Source of the DNA: Vicinamibacteria bacterium
Lineage (GTDB): Bacteria > Acidobacteriota > Vicinamibacteria > Marinacidobacterales > Marinacidobacteraceae
Assembly (NCBI GenBank): GCA_964291235.2
Contig: OZ219816.1
Location: 832,001 to 896,000, forward strand
Reading direction: 5' to 3'
Length of the DNA stretch: 64,000 nt
A program made the translations under genes and the position numbers. The notes beneath the pieces were generated by a model that saw only the letters and a list, made by a program, of their open reading frames with translations, ran no database searches and was not told the DNA's origin. Positions 38,590 through 49,249 of the stretch are shown piece after piece (within the stretch, counting starts at the first letter, position 1; the number at the start of each line of letters is the position of its first letter).

Positions 38590-39316
38590 GCCGGCCTCCA
38601 GGCCGGCACAGCCCGCCGCAGGCGGGCGGCGGGACGGACCTGTCTGGCCAGGATGGCTCCCTCTCTCGGAGAGGACCCCGTGAGCGCGAGCAGCGAGGAA
38701 TCGCCCGCGGCGCTGCGCGCCGCGGTGCCGACCTGGAGGTCGGAGCCCGGCCCGTGCGGGAGCCTGAGTGCCGCGGCTGCTCCGCGTCCACCATCGGGCC
38801 GATCTGCGAATGGACCCGGCTGCGCCAATGCATCGAGGGCCAGCCAGCGGGTGGTTGGGCGCTCTCCGGCCCTGAGGGTGACAGAAATGTCGCTGTGGGG
38901 ATACCGGCCGGAGGTGAACATGTCGCAGTGGCCCGATTTCCGGGCTCAGCATGTCGCAGTAGCGGCACCGGCGCGGTGGAATCTGGGGCAGTATCGGAAC
39001 CGGCGCGTCAAGAGACACTTCCAGGCAGTTGGGAGACACCTACTCTTGCGCACTGCGGGGGTGAAGAGCGATGCGCCGCCCGCGGGCCTGCGGCCCGCTG
39101 TGCCGGCCTGGAGGCCGGCGTTCCCGTGCCGGTGGTGCTGGGGGGGGCTGGAGGGCGACGTGCGTTTCGCTCCCCGGTGGGGAGCGATGCCGGCCGGAGG
39201 CCGGCGCTCCGCTGTCGCGCGTTGTCGGGATGGGGCGCGGTGCGCCGCCCGCGGGCCTGCGGCCCGCTGTGCCGATCTGGAGATCGGCGTTCCCGTGCGG
39301 GCGGTGCTGTGGGGGC
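38590..39316. repeat. Cluster of REP-like palindromes, including two approximately 80-bp direct repeats
   Basis: GCCGRYCT-GG-AGRYCGGC hairpins at 38590-38607 (reverse), 38727-38744, 39102-39119 and 39271-39288. 39068-39148 resembles 39237-39316. Confidence 0.8.
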
Positions 39317-39536
39317 TTGGGAGCGATGCGCCGGCAGACTGATCTCGTCCATTGCCTTACCGCTTGCGCCGTCCTAAAATTACCCGGCGCCCGGCGGGAT
39401 GGACGGCTGCCGCGCTTGTGATGCGGCGGCGCTCCGGCCGGGTCTTTCCCGTGCGGCAAGAACGGCGTTTCGGTCGGGGCCCCGTCCAGGTTTCCGAAGC
39501 GCGCTATCTCACCAACCCCTTTCCCGAAGAGAGTTC

Positions 39537-40937
<1,401 letters not shown>

Positions 40938-40979
40938 TCCGCGGATCCACAGCGGGATCTCCGCAAAAGGGGGTTGCAG

Positions 40980-41906
40980 ATGCGACCGAAAGTGACCGTG
41001 GTCGGCGCCGGGAATGTCGGCGCCACCACCGCCCAGCGGCTGGCCGACGCCGAACTCTGCGACGTCGTCCTGATCGACATCATCGACGGCATCCCCCAGG
41101 GGAAGGGCCTCGACATGCTGGAGGCCTGCCCGGTCACCGGCAGCGACGTGCAGGTGAGCGGCACCTGCGACTATGGGGACACCGCCGGCTCCGACATCGT
41201 GGTCATCACCGCGGGGTTGCCGCGGAAGGCCGGAATGAGCCGGGACGACCTGCTGCGGAAGAACTACGAGATCGTGAGCAGCGTCACCCGCCAGGCGATG
41301 GAACACTCGCCGGACGCCATTCTGGTGGTGGTCTCGAATCCCCTCGACGCCATGGTGCAGACCGCGCTGCGGGCCAGCGGGCTGCCGAAGGCGCGGGTGG
41401 TCGGGATGGCGGGCGTCCTCGACTCGGCGCGCATGCGGGCCTTCATTGCCGCGGAGGTGAACGTCTCGGTGGACAACGTGCACGCGTTCGTTCTCGGCGG
41501 GCACGGGGATGACATGGTGCCGTTGCCGCGCTACTCCACGGTCGCCGGGATTCCGCTGCCCGACTTCATGTCCGAAGAGGCCATCGCCCGGATCGTCGAA
41601 CGCACCCGGAAGGGCGGGGGCGAGATCGTGGCCTACCTGAAGACCGGATCCGCTTACTACGCCCCTTCGGCGGCCATCGTCGAGATGGTGGATGCCATCC
41701 TGAAGGACAAGAAGAAGATCCTCCCCTGCACGGCTTATCTCGAGGGTGAGTACGGCGTTGACGGCCTCTATCTGGGAGTGCCGGTCAAGCTCGGCCGCGC
41801 GGGTGCCGAGCAGGTCATCGAGATCCAGCTCACGGACGACGAGCAGGCCGCCCTCGACCGCTCGGCCGCCTCGGTCCGGGAACTCACCGAAAAGATCGGC
41901 GTGTAG
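40980..41906 (+). CDS. mdh: Malate dehydrogenase (LDH-like type)
   Basis: [41 protein letters not shown]. Confidence 0.95.
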   Translation: MRPKVTVVGAGNVGATTAQRLADAELCDVVLIDIIDGIPQGKGLDMLEACPVTGSDVQVSGTCDYGDTAGSDIVVITAGLPRKAGMSRDDLLRKNYEIVSSVTRQAMEHSPDAILVVVSNPLDAMVQTALRASGLPKARVVGMAGVLDSARMRAFIAAEVNVSVDNVHAFVLGGHGDDMVPLPRYSTVAGIPLPDFMSEEAIARIVERTRKGGGEIVAYLKTGSAYYAPSAAIVEMVDAILKDKKKILPCTAYLEGEYGVDGLYLGVPVKLGRAGAEQVIEIQLTDDEQAALDRSAASVRELTEKIGV

Positions 41907-41921
41907 GCGGAAAGGCAGCCG

Positions 41922-43094
41922 ATGAACCTTCACGAACACCAGGCCAAGGCGCTGCTCGCCGAGTACGGCGTCCCGGTTCCCCGGGGCAAGGTCGCGTTCA
42001 GCGTGGACGAAGCGGTCGCCGCCGCCTCCGAACTCGGCCTCCCGGTGGTGGTGAAGGCCCAGATCCACGCCGGCGGGCGGGGAAAGGCGGGCGGAGTGCG
42101 CCTCGCCCGGACCATGGACGAGGTGCGCGCCGCCGCCGACGCGATTCTCGGCGCCACCCTGGTGACGAAGCAGACCGGCCCCGAGGGCCGGCTGGTGCGC
42201 CGCCTCCTGGTCGAGGAAGGGGTCGCCATCGCCCGGGAGCTCTACGTCAGCTTCATCGTGGACCGCTCCAGCGGACGTCCGATGTGCATCGCGAGCGCCG
42301 CCGGGGGAATGGACATCGAGGAGGTGGCCGCCGAGTCACCGGAGAAGATCCTGACCGTGACCGTCGATCCGGCCCTGGGGATGCAGCCCTTCCAGGCGCG
42401 CCGGCTGGCCTTCGGGCTCGGCTTCGAGGGGGAGGTGTTCAAGAACGGCGCCCGGTTCCTCACCGCGCTCTACCGCGCCTTCGACGGGCTCGACGCCAGC
42501 CAGGTCGAGATCAACCCCATGCTGGTGACCGAGGGCGGCGAGGTGCTCGCGCTCGACGCCAAGGTCTCGGTGGACGACAGCGCGCTCTTCCGCCAGCCGA
42601 AGGTCGTGGAGCTGCGCGACATCCACGAAGAGTCGCCCTTCGAGGTGGAGGCCAGCCGCCACCGCCTCAACTACATCAAGCTCGACGGCTCGGTGGGCTG
42701 CATGGTGAACGGCGCCGGCCTCGCCATGGCCACCATGGACATCGTGAAACTGGCGGGTGCGGCGCCCGCGAACTTTCTCGACGTCGGCGGCGGCGCCAGT
42801 GCGGACCAGATCGAAAACGCCTTTCGCATCCTCTCTTCGGACCCCTCGGTGCGGGTGGTGCTCATCAACATCTTCGGGGGCATCCTGCGCTGCGATCGGC
42901 TCGCGGCGGGCCTCATCGCCGCGGTCCGGAAGCTCGGGGTCACCCTGCCGATCGTGATTCGCATGGAAGGCACGAACGTGGAACTGGCCCGCCGGATGCT
43001 CGAGGAATCGGGGCTCGACTTCACCACCGCCGACGGGATGCAGGACGCCGCCGAGAAGGTGGTCTCGAAGCTCCGGGGCCAGGAGGCGGCATGA
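41922..43094 (+). CDS. sucC: Succinyl-CoA ligase beta subunit
   Basis: [43 protein letters not shown]. Confidence 0.97.
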   Translation: MNLHEHQAKALLAEYGVPVPRGKVAFSVDEAVAAASELGLPVVVKAQIHAGGRGKAGGVRLARTMDEVRAAADAILGATLVTKQTGPEGRLVRRLLVEEGVAIARELYVSFIVDRSSGRPMCIASAAGGMDIEEVAAESPEKILTVTVDPALGMQPFQARRLAFGLGFEGEVFKNGARFLTALYRAFDGLDASQVEINPMLVTEGGEVLALDAKVSVDDSALFRQPKVVELRDIHEESPFEVEASRHRLNYIKLDGSVGCMVNGAGLAMATMDIVKLAGAAPANFLDVGGGASADQIENAFRILSSDPSVRVVLINIFGGILRCDRLAAGLIAAVRKLGVTLPIVIRMEGTNVELARRMLEESGLDFTTADGMQDAAEKVVSKLRGQEAA

Positions 43095-43966
43095 GCGTTC
43101 TCGTCGGCAACGAAACCCGCCTGCTCGTCCAGGGCATCACCGGGCGCGAAGGGGCGTTTCACGCCGGGGCCTGCCGCGACTACGGAACGAATCTGGTCGC
43201 CGGGGTCACGCCCGGCAAGGGAGGGCAGACCGCCGCCGCGGGCGTGCCCATCTTCGACACGGTGGCGGAAGCGGTGGCCGAAACCGGCGCCAACACGGCG
43301 TTCGTGGTCGTTCCGCCTCCCTTTGCGGCGGACGCGCTCTCTGAAGCGGCGGACGCCGGGGTCGGCCTGGCGGTGAGCATCACCGAGGGGGTTCCGACCC
43401 GCGACATGGTTCGGGTGATCCGAGCCATCCCGCCGGGCGGTACCCGCATTCTCGGCCCGAACTGCCCGGGCGTCATTTCTCCGGGCCGCGCCAAGGTCGG
43501 CATCATGCCGGGGTTCATTCACCGGGAGGGCCACGTCGGGGTCGTCTCCCGCAGTGGAACGCTCACCTACGAGGCGGTCCACCAGCTCAGCCAGCGCGGC
43601 ATTGGCCAGAGTACCTGCGTCGGCATCGGCGGCGATCCGGTGATCGGCACGAACTTCGTGGACGTGCTGGAGCTGTTCGCGGCCGATTCCGAAACCGAGG
43701 CGGTCATCCTCATCGGTGAGATCGGGGGCGGCGCCGAGGAAGAGGCCGCCGATTTCATTCGGCGCGAGCTGGACAAGCCGGTGGTGAGCTTCATCGCGGG
43801 GCAGACGGCGCCTCCGGGACGACGGATGGGCCATGCCGGGGCCATCGTGATGGGCGGCAAGGGAACCGCCGCCGACAAGATGGAAGCGCTCCGCTCGGCC
43901 GGCTGCACGGTCGTCGAGAGCCCCGCCGAGATGGGCGCCGCCATGGAAACGCGGCTGAACGGATAG
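43091..43966 (+). CDS. sucD: Succinyl-CoA ligase alpha subunit
   Basis: [30 protein letters not shown]. Confidence 0.97.
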   Translation: MSVLVGNETRLLVQGITGREGAFHAGACRDYGTNLVAGVTPGKGGQTAAAGVPIFDTVAEAVAETGANTAFVVVPPPFAADALSEAADAGVGLAVSITEGVPTRDMVRVIRAIPPGGTRILGPNCPGVISPGRAKVGIMPGFIHREGHVGVVSRSGTLTYEAVHQLSQRGIGQSTCVGIGGDPVIGTNFVDVLELFAADSETEAVILIGEIGGGAEEEAADFIRRELDKPVVSFIAGQTAPPGRRMGHAGAIVMGGKGTAADKMEALRSAGCTVVESPAEMGAAMETRLNG

Positions 43967-43980
43967 CGAGAGTACGGAAC

Positions 43981-44391
43981 ATGCGAACCTTTTCGATCGT
44001 GAAGCCCGACGCGGTGGCGGCCGGGAACACCGGGGCCATCCTCCAGGCGCTCGAGGCGGCGGGCTTCGGCATCGTCGCCATGCGCCTGGTCCGGATGAGC
44101 AAAACCGAGGCGGAGGGCTTTTACGCCGTGCACCGCGAGCGGCCGTTCTTCTCGAGTCTCACCGACTTCATGTCGTCGGGACCGGCGGTCGTGGTCGCCC
44201 TCGAACGGGACGATGCGATCCCCGAGCTGCGCCGCCTGATGGGCGCCACGAATCCTGCCGAGGCAGCGCCCGGCACCATCCGGGCGCGCTTCGCTTCCTC
44301 CATCGAGCGGAACGCGATCCACGGTTCGGATGCCCCGGAGACGGCCGCTTTCGAACTGGGATACTTTTTCCCCGGCGTCGAGCTCATCTGA
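43981..44391 (+). CDS. ndk: Nucleoside-diphosphate kinase
   Basis: RTFSIVKPD, GATNP, PGTIR, NAIHGSD. Confidence 0.97.
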   Translation: MRTFSIVKPDAVAAGNTGAILQALEAAGFGIVAMRLVRMSKTEAEGFYAVHRERPFFSSLTDFMSSGPAVVVALERDDAIPELRRLMGATNPAEAAPGTIRARFASSIERNAIHGSDAPETAAFELGYFFPGVELI

Positions 44392-44424
44392 CACCAGGCC
44401 GAGCGAATCGAAGAGGGACCCGAA

Positions 44425-45003
44425 CTGCCGAGCATCAAACCGGATCACTGGATCCGCCGGATGTCGCAGGACCACCGGCTGATCGATCCGTTCGTGGATC
44501 ACCAGGTGGGGCAGGGGGTCATCTCCTACGGGCTCTCCGCCTACGGCTACGACATCCGGGTCTCCGACGAGTTCAAGATCTTCACGAACGTCCACACGAC
44601 GATCGTGGACCCGAAGAACTTCGACGAGCGGAGCTTCGTGGACTACAAGGGCGAGGTGTGCGTGATCCCGCCCAACTCCTTTGCCCTCTCGAACACCATC
44701 GAGAACTTCCGGATGCCCCGCAACGTGTACGGCATCTGCATCGGCAAATCCACCTACGCGCGCTGCGGCATCATCATCAACGTGACCGGTTTCGACGCCG
44801 AGTGGGAAGGCAACGCCACCCTCGAGATCTCGAACACCACCCCGCTCCCGTGCCGCATCTACGCCGGGGAAGGGATCGCCCAGGTGCTGTTTTTCGAGAG
44901 CGACGAGGACTGCGAGGTCAGCTACCGGGACAAGAAGGGGAAATACCAGGGCCAGGAGCACATCACCCTGCCCACGATCCTGGGCCCGAACCCGGGGTCC
45001 TGA
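44425..45003 (+). CDS. dcd: dCTP deaminase (probable CTG start)
   Basis: (M)[49 protein letters not shown] is 6 nt before CTG 44425. Confidence 0.9.
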   Translation: MPSIKPDHWIRRMSQDHRLIDPFVDHQVGQGVISYGLSAYGYDIRVSDEFKIFTNVHTTIVDPKNFDERSFVDYKGEVCVIPPNSFALSNTIENFRMPRNVYGICIGKSTYARCGIIINVTGFDAEWEGNATLEISNTTPLPCRIYAGEGIAQVLFFESDEDCEVSYRDKKGKYQGQEHITLPTILGPNPGS

Positions 45004-45007
45004 CCGC

Positions 45008-45517
45008 GTGGAGCTGATCGCGGGAGCGGCCCTTCGGCGGCGGCTCGAGGCGGATCCGCCGCTGCTCGCGGCGCTCGTGGATCCCGAGACGCAGATCCAG
45101 ATGAACGGGGTGGATCTGACGCTCGCCGAGGTGAGCCGCTTCGGAGCGGGGCCGGGTCGCGTCGATTTCGACAACACGAGCCGCCGGATTCCGACCCCGG
45201 AACCGCTTCGGCCCGGCGACGACGGGGTGTACCGGCTCTCCACCGGGCCCTATTGGGTGCGCTACAACGAGGTGGTGAACATTCCGCCGGATGTCTTCGC
45301 GATCGGCCGCACCCGATCGTCGCTGCTCAGGAGCGGGGCGCAGATCGGCACCGCGCTCTGGGACTCGGGGTACCGGGGCCGCAGCGGTTCCCTGCTGACC
45401 GTGCACCATCCGGACGGGCTGGAACTCGTCCGGGACGCCCGCATCCTGCAACTGGTGTTCTTTCAGTTGGCGGCCCCGGCCGAGCGGACCTATTCGGGCC
45501 AGTACCAGGACGAATAG
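45008..45517 (+). CDS. dUTPase of the dCTP-deaminase-like (archaeal-type) family
   Basis: QIQMNGVDLTL, RSSLLRSG, LWDSGYRG, RILQLVFF, YSGQYQ. Confidence 0.78.
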   Translation: MELIAGAALRRRLEADPPLLAALVDPETQIQMNGVDLTLAEVSRFGAGPGRVDFDNTSRRIPTPEPLRPGDDGVYRLSTGPYWVRYNEVVNIPPDVFAIGRTRSSLLRSGAQIGTALWDSGYRGRSGSLLTVHHPDGLELVRDARILQLVFFQLAAPAERTYSGQYQDE

Positions 45518-45663
45518 CGCGCGGCGCGGCGCCGCCGGCGCTTCCTCCCCCCGCAGCCCGGCGGCGCGCGATGCGTCCGGCCCGCGGTGGCGCGCGGACC
45601 GTCAGAGCCCCGCGCTCCCGGCGGCATGGCGGTTGCATTTTGGTTGTGACAGGCCACAATCCG

Positions 45664-46743
45664 ATGCAGACATTCATGCGAATCCTTTTTCCGATCGTTC
45701 TTGCCCTCTTGACCGTGGCTCCCGTGGGAGCCCACCCACCGGGAACCCAGCCGCGCTCGGACACCGTGCTGCGCGACGAGATCGCCGCGGCAATCGAAGA
45801 GGCGGATCTGCCGATCGGGATCTTCGATGTGGACGTTCGGGACGGCGTCGCGATGCTGAGCGGCGAAGTCCTGAATGAGAGCACGCGGACCCGGGTGGTC
45901 GAGCTGGCGCTGTTCGTGGACGGCGTGGCCGCGGTGGAGACCGACATCACGGTCCTGCAGTCGGAGGATCTCGGTGACCCGGGCGCCGATGAGGAGCCGG
46001 GGGGGGCGGCGGCAGGCTCCGGCCCGATCGAGGAAGGAATCGAGGAAGACGTTGCTTCCCCGCCGCCGGCCGCTCGGGTGGCGACCCGCCCCGACGATGC
46101 CGTTCACGCGGACGTGGCGCGGGAGGTCGAGCGCGCGGACCTCGAAGGGAACGATCCCCGGGTTACCGTGGACAACGGGGTGGTCCGCCTCACCGGTCAG
46201 GTAGCGAGCGCCTGGGAGTGGCGGGAGCTCGTGGAACGGGCGGAGTCGGTCCAGGGAGTCCTGGCGGTGGATCCCGATCTCGAGATCGCCGAGCCGGAGA
46301 GCATGGACGACCTGGTGGCCGGGGTGCGGAGCGCCGTGCTGCGCTACTCCTACTACACGGTGTTCGACGACATCAACTTCGGGATGGAGAAGCCCTACGA
46401 GATCATTCTGCTGGGGGCCGTCACCGAACCCTTCAAGAAGACCGAGCTCGAGAAGCGGGTGTCCAAGGTCTTTGGGGTGAGGAGCGTGGACAACCGCATC
46501 GAGGTGCTGCCGCTTTCCCCGAACGACCAGGATCTCCGCCGCGCCCTCTTCTATCGGATCTACCGGGATCCCCGTTTCTCGGACCGCGCCAACCAGATCA
46601 ATCCCCCCATCCACATCGTGGTGTCACGGGGGGTGGTGGCCCTGACGGGGGTGGTTCGGAGCGCCATCGAATCGCGAATCCTCGAGTCGATCGCCCGCAG
46701 CACGCCGGGCGTCTTCCGGGTGATCAACCGCCTCGAGCACTGA
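45664..46743 (+). CDS. Periplasmic multi-BON-domain protein
   Basis: Signal peptide and four BON-like repeats (e.g. VDNGVVRLTGQV; GVRSVDNRIEV; GVFRVINRL). Start could instead be 45676. Confidence 0.85.
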   Translation: MQTFMRILFPIVLALLTVAPVGAHPPGTQPRSDTVLRDEIAAAIEEADLPIGIFDVDVRDGVAMLSGEVLNESTRTRVVELALFVDGVAAVETDITVLQSEDLGDPGADEEPGGAAAGSGPIEEGIEEDVASPPPAARVATRPDDAVHADVAREVERADLEGNDPRVTVDNGVVRLTGQVASAWEWRELVERAESVQGVLAVDPDLEIAEPESMDDLVAGVRSAVLRYSYYTVFDDINFGMEKPYEIILLGAVTEPFKKTELEKRVSKVFGVRSVDNRIEVLPLSPNDQDLRRALFYRIYRDPRFSDRANQINPPIHIVVSRGVVALTGVVRSAIESRILESIARSTPGVFRVINRLEH

Positions 46744-46789
46744 CGCCCGGCGTCCGCCAGCCGCCGGCGAAACGTCCGCCGGCGAAACG

Positions 46790-47770
46790 TCAGGTCGAGC
46801 TTGGAGGCTCCGGTATCGTCATCCGCCGTTTGGGGGGTAGCGCGCTCCAGAGGAGCTTCTTGCGGAGCACCCGGAAGTAGTTCGTTTCCGGGAGGCTGAG
46901 AAGCTGCACCCGGACCTCCGACTTGCGCACCCGCAGCACGTCGCCGGGAAGCAGGGGATGGCTCGCCTGGCCGTCGAACGTCACGTGCACCTGGCGGCGG
47001 CGTCCCCGAAGCGTCAGCGTCAACTCCTCCGTGTCGGGAAAGACCACCGGCCGCTGGGTCAGGGTCAGCGGCACGATGGGCGCCAGCACGATCGCCTCCA
47101 CCGCCGGGTGGACCACGGGGCCGCCGGCGCCGACGTTGTAGGCGGTGGACCCGGTGGGAGTCGCGACGATGACGCCGTCGCCGAGCACCGTCGCCACGAA
47201 GCCCTGGGCGGTGGTGATGCGGACCTCGATGACCCGGGCGATCGAACTCCCGGTAATCACCACGTCGTTCACCGACATCTCCTCGAGCAGCGTTTCGCCA
47301 TCGCGCCGCAGCGAGGTGCGAAGCGTGGTGCGTTCGTCGAGCACCCCCTCGCCGGCAAGGATCTTCTCCAGCTCCGGATAGAGCTGATCGAGGGGGGCGT
47401 TGGTAAGGAAGCCGAGGCTCCCGAGGTTGACGCCGAAGATCGGGACCTGCCGGTCTCCCAGAGCGCGGGCGACCGAAAGGAGCGTGCCGTCGCCACCCAG
47501 AACCAGCATCAGGTCCTGCCCCCCGCCGATCGTCTCGAAGGGCGCCGCGGCGCCGCTCCAATCGGTAGCCTCCGCGAGCTTTTCTTCCAGGACGACGATC
47601 GCTCCCCGGCTCTCAAGCCAGCGGGCCAGGCCGCCGGCGGTGGCGGGAGCTTCGGGGGCGGCGATCTTGGCCACGATCCCAACCCGCAGGCGCCCCCCGG
47701 CGGGGGGCAGGAATCGCCGCGCATTGGCGCGGGCGCTCGCGCGACGGGAGCGGGCGTTCTTCCTGGGCAT
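46790..47770 (-). CDS. nadK: NAD(+) kinase
   Basis: LGGDGTLL, GVNLGSLGFL, VNDVV, GDGVIVATPTGSTAY. Confidence 0.95.
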   Translation of the reverse strand: MPRKNARSRRASARANARRFLPPAGGRLRVGIVAKIAAPEAPATAGGLARWLESRGAIVVLEEKLAEATDWSGAAAPFETIGGGQDLMLVLGGDGTLLSVARALGDRQVPIFGVNLGSLGFLTNAPLDQLYPELEKILAGEGVLDERTTLRTSLRRDGETLLEEMSVNDVVITGSSIARVIEVRITTAQGFVATVLGDGVIVATPTGSTAYNVGAGGPVVHPAVEAIVLAPIVPLTLTQRPVVFPDTEELTLTLRGRRRQVHVTFDGQASHPLLPGDVLRVRKSEVRVQLLSLPETNYFRVLRKKLLWSALPPKRRMTIPEPPSST

Positions 47771-47775
47771 CGACG

Positions 47776-48738
47776 TCAGTGCTTCCGGCGCAGGATCCGG
47801 TCGGTCAGGGCGTGGAGAAGATGCATTCCGGCGGAATTTACGGCGGGGCCGGGCTGGCTGGCGACTGCGTCCAGAAGTTCGTGGGTCAGGCCGGTCCGGC
47901 GGTTCGCTTCCGCGCGAGCCCCCGCGATCCCGTGAATGGCGGGATACGTGGCCTTCCCCGCGGCGCGGTCCTTGCCCGCGGACTTGCCGAGTTCGGCGCT
48001 CGTCGCTTCCTCGTCCAGGAGGTCGTCCACGATCTGGAACACCAGTCCAAGCTCGCTCCCGAAGGCCGCGAGGGCGTCCGTCTGCTGAAGGCTTCCACCT
48101 CCGGCGAGGGCGCCGAGCGCGACCGAAGCGGAGATCAGCGCCCCGGTCTTGCCCCGGTGAATCGCCTCCAGCCCGCACGCGTCGGGAGGCCGGGTCTCCG
48201 CTTCGATGTCGAGCGCCTGGCCGGCCACCATCCCCCTGGGTCCGGCCGCCGCCGCCAGCCGCCCGACCGCCTCGACCCGCATCCGGGCCGGCCCGCCACT
48301 CCCGGCGATCGTCTCGAAGGCCAGGGTGTGGAGTGCGTCCCCGGCGAGCACCGCGATCGCCTCGCCGTACTGGATGTGGGCCGTCGGCTGTCCCCTTCTC
48401 AGGTCATCGTCGTCCATACAGGGCAGGTCGTCGTGAATCAGGGAATAGCTGTGGATCATTTCGAGCGCCGCGGCGGCCGGCAGGGCGTCCGCGCCCTCTC
48501 CGCCGACCGCGGTCGCGGACGCCATCGCGAGCGCCGGCCGGATGCGCTTTCCTCCCGCGAGGACGGTATAGCGCATGGCGCTCGCGAGCGTCGCGGGAGG
48601 GCCGTTCGCGGGGGGGCCGTCCGCGGGAGGGAGCACCCCGTCGAGGAAGGCATCCACCTCCCGCGCGCAGCGGGCGAGGAAACCATCCAGATCCACGGCC
48701 GGCGCGGCTGCCGGATCGCCGGTCTCAGACCGGGGCAT
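47776..48738 (-). CDS. ispA: Polyprenyl (farnesyl/geranylgeranyl) diphosphate synthase
   Basis: GGKRIRP, LIHDDLPCMDDDDLRRG, GKTGAL, FQIVDD, GKATYP. Confidence 0.93.
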   Translation of the reverse strand: MPRSETGDPAAAPAVDLDGFLARCAREVDAFLDGVLPPADGPPANGPPATLASAMRYTVLAGGKRIRPALAMASATAVGGEGADALPAAAALEMIHSYSLIHDDLPCMDDDDLRRGQPTAHIQYGEAIAVLAGDALHTLAFETIAGSGGPARMRVEAVGRLAAAAGPRGMVAGQALDIEAETRPPDACGLEAIHRGKTGALISASVALGALAGGGSLQQTDALAAFGSELGLVFQIVDDLLDEEATSAELGKSAGKDRAAGKATYPAIHGIAGARAEANRRTGLTHELLDAVASQPGPAVNSAGMHLLHALTDRILRRKH

Positions 48739-49249
48739 CCGACTCGGGGGTCTTGGTCCGGGCCGCCGGAAGGGGGGTGGCCGCCTCGGGTTCGGCGCCT
48801 TCCCCGGCGGCCGTCCGGGGGATCGTCCGGGTGGTCGTCTCGGCGACCTGCCGCTGGGCCGCATCGAGAATCGTTTCGCAGCGGGCCGCCAACCGCCGGG
48901 CTTCCCGATAGAGGTCGATGGCCCGGGCGAGAGGCAAGTCCTCTCGCTCGAGCGTGTTCACCACCTCGGCCAGGCGGTCGCGCACCGCTTCGTACGGCGC
49001 TCCGGAGTTCGCCTCGGGGCCCGGATCCTCCGCCGCGGCGTCGCGCCCGATCTCGGTGGTGGCCTCCTGGGCCGCCTCGACGATGGCTTCGAGCTTCCCG
49101 TGCAGGGAAACCGCGCGGGCATGCAGTTCCAGCCGTTCTCCGAGCGGAACCGCCGGATCCTCGAGGCGCCCGGTCGCCTCCTTCAATGCGGCCTCGACCG
49201 ACTCGAAGGTCGCGGCGGCCGGCGGGAGCGGATCGGTGGAATCGGTCAT
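48725..49249 (-). CDS. xseB: Exodeoxyribonuclease VII small subunit with two tandem XseB-like domains
   Basis: Located between xseA and ispA. Two units: FESVEAALKEATGRLEDPAVPLGERLELH...AQ and YEAVRDRLAEVVNTLEREDLPLARAIDLY...CETILDAAQ. Confidence 0.8.
   Translation of the reverse strand: MTDSTDPLPPAAATFESVEAALKEATGRLEDPAVPLGERLELHARAVSLHGKLEAIVEAAQEATTEIGRDAAAEDPGPEANSGAPYEAVRDRLAEVVNTLEREDLPLARAIDLYREARRLAARCETILDAAQRQVAETTTRTIPRTAAGEGAEPEAATPLPAARTKTPESDAPV

Noticed and set aside
38512-39459. ORFs downstream of the IS110 element
   Set aside because: They run through palindromic repeats, are Arg/Ala/Gly-rich and low in information; the region is treated as non-coding.
46761-46790. 15-bp tandem duplication CCGCCGGCGAAACGT between convergent genes
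   Set aside because: Only two copies with no terminator U-tract; probably local slippage.
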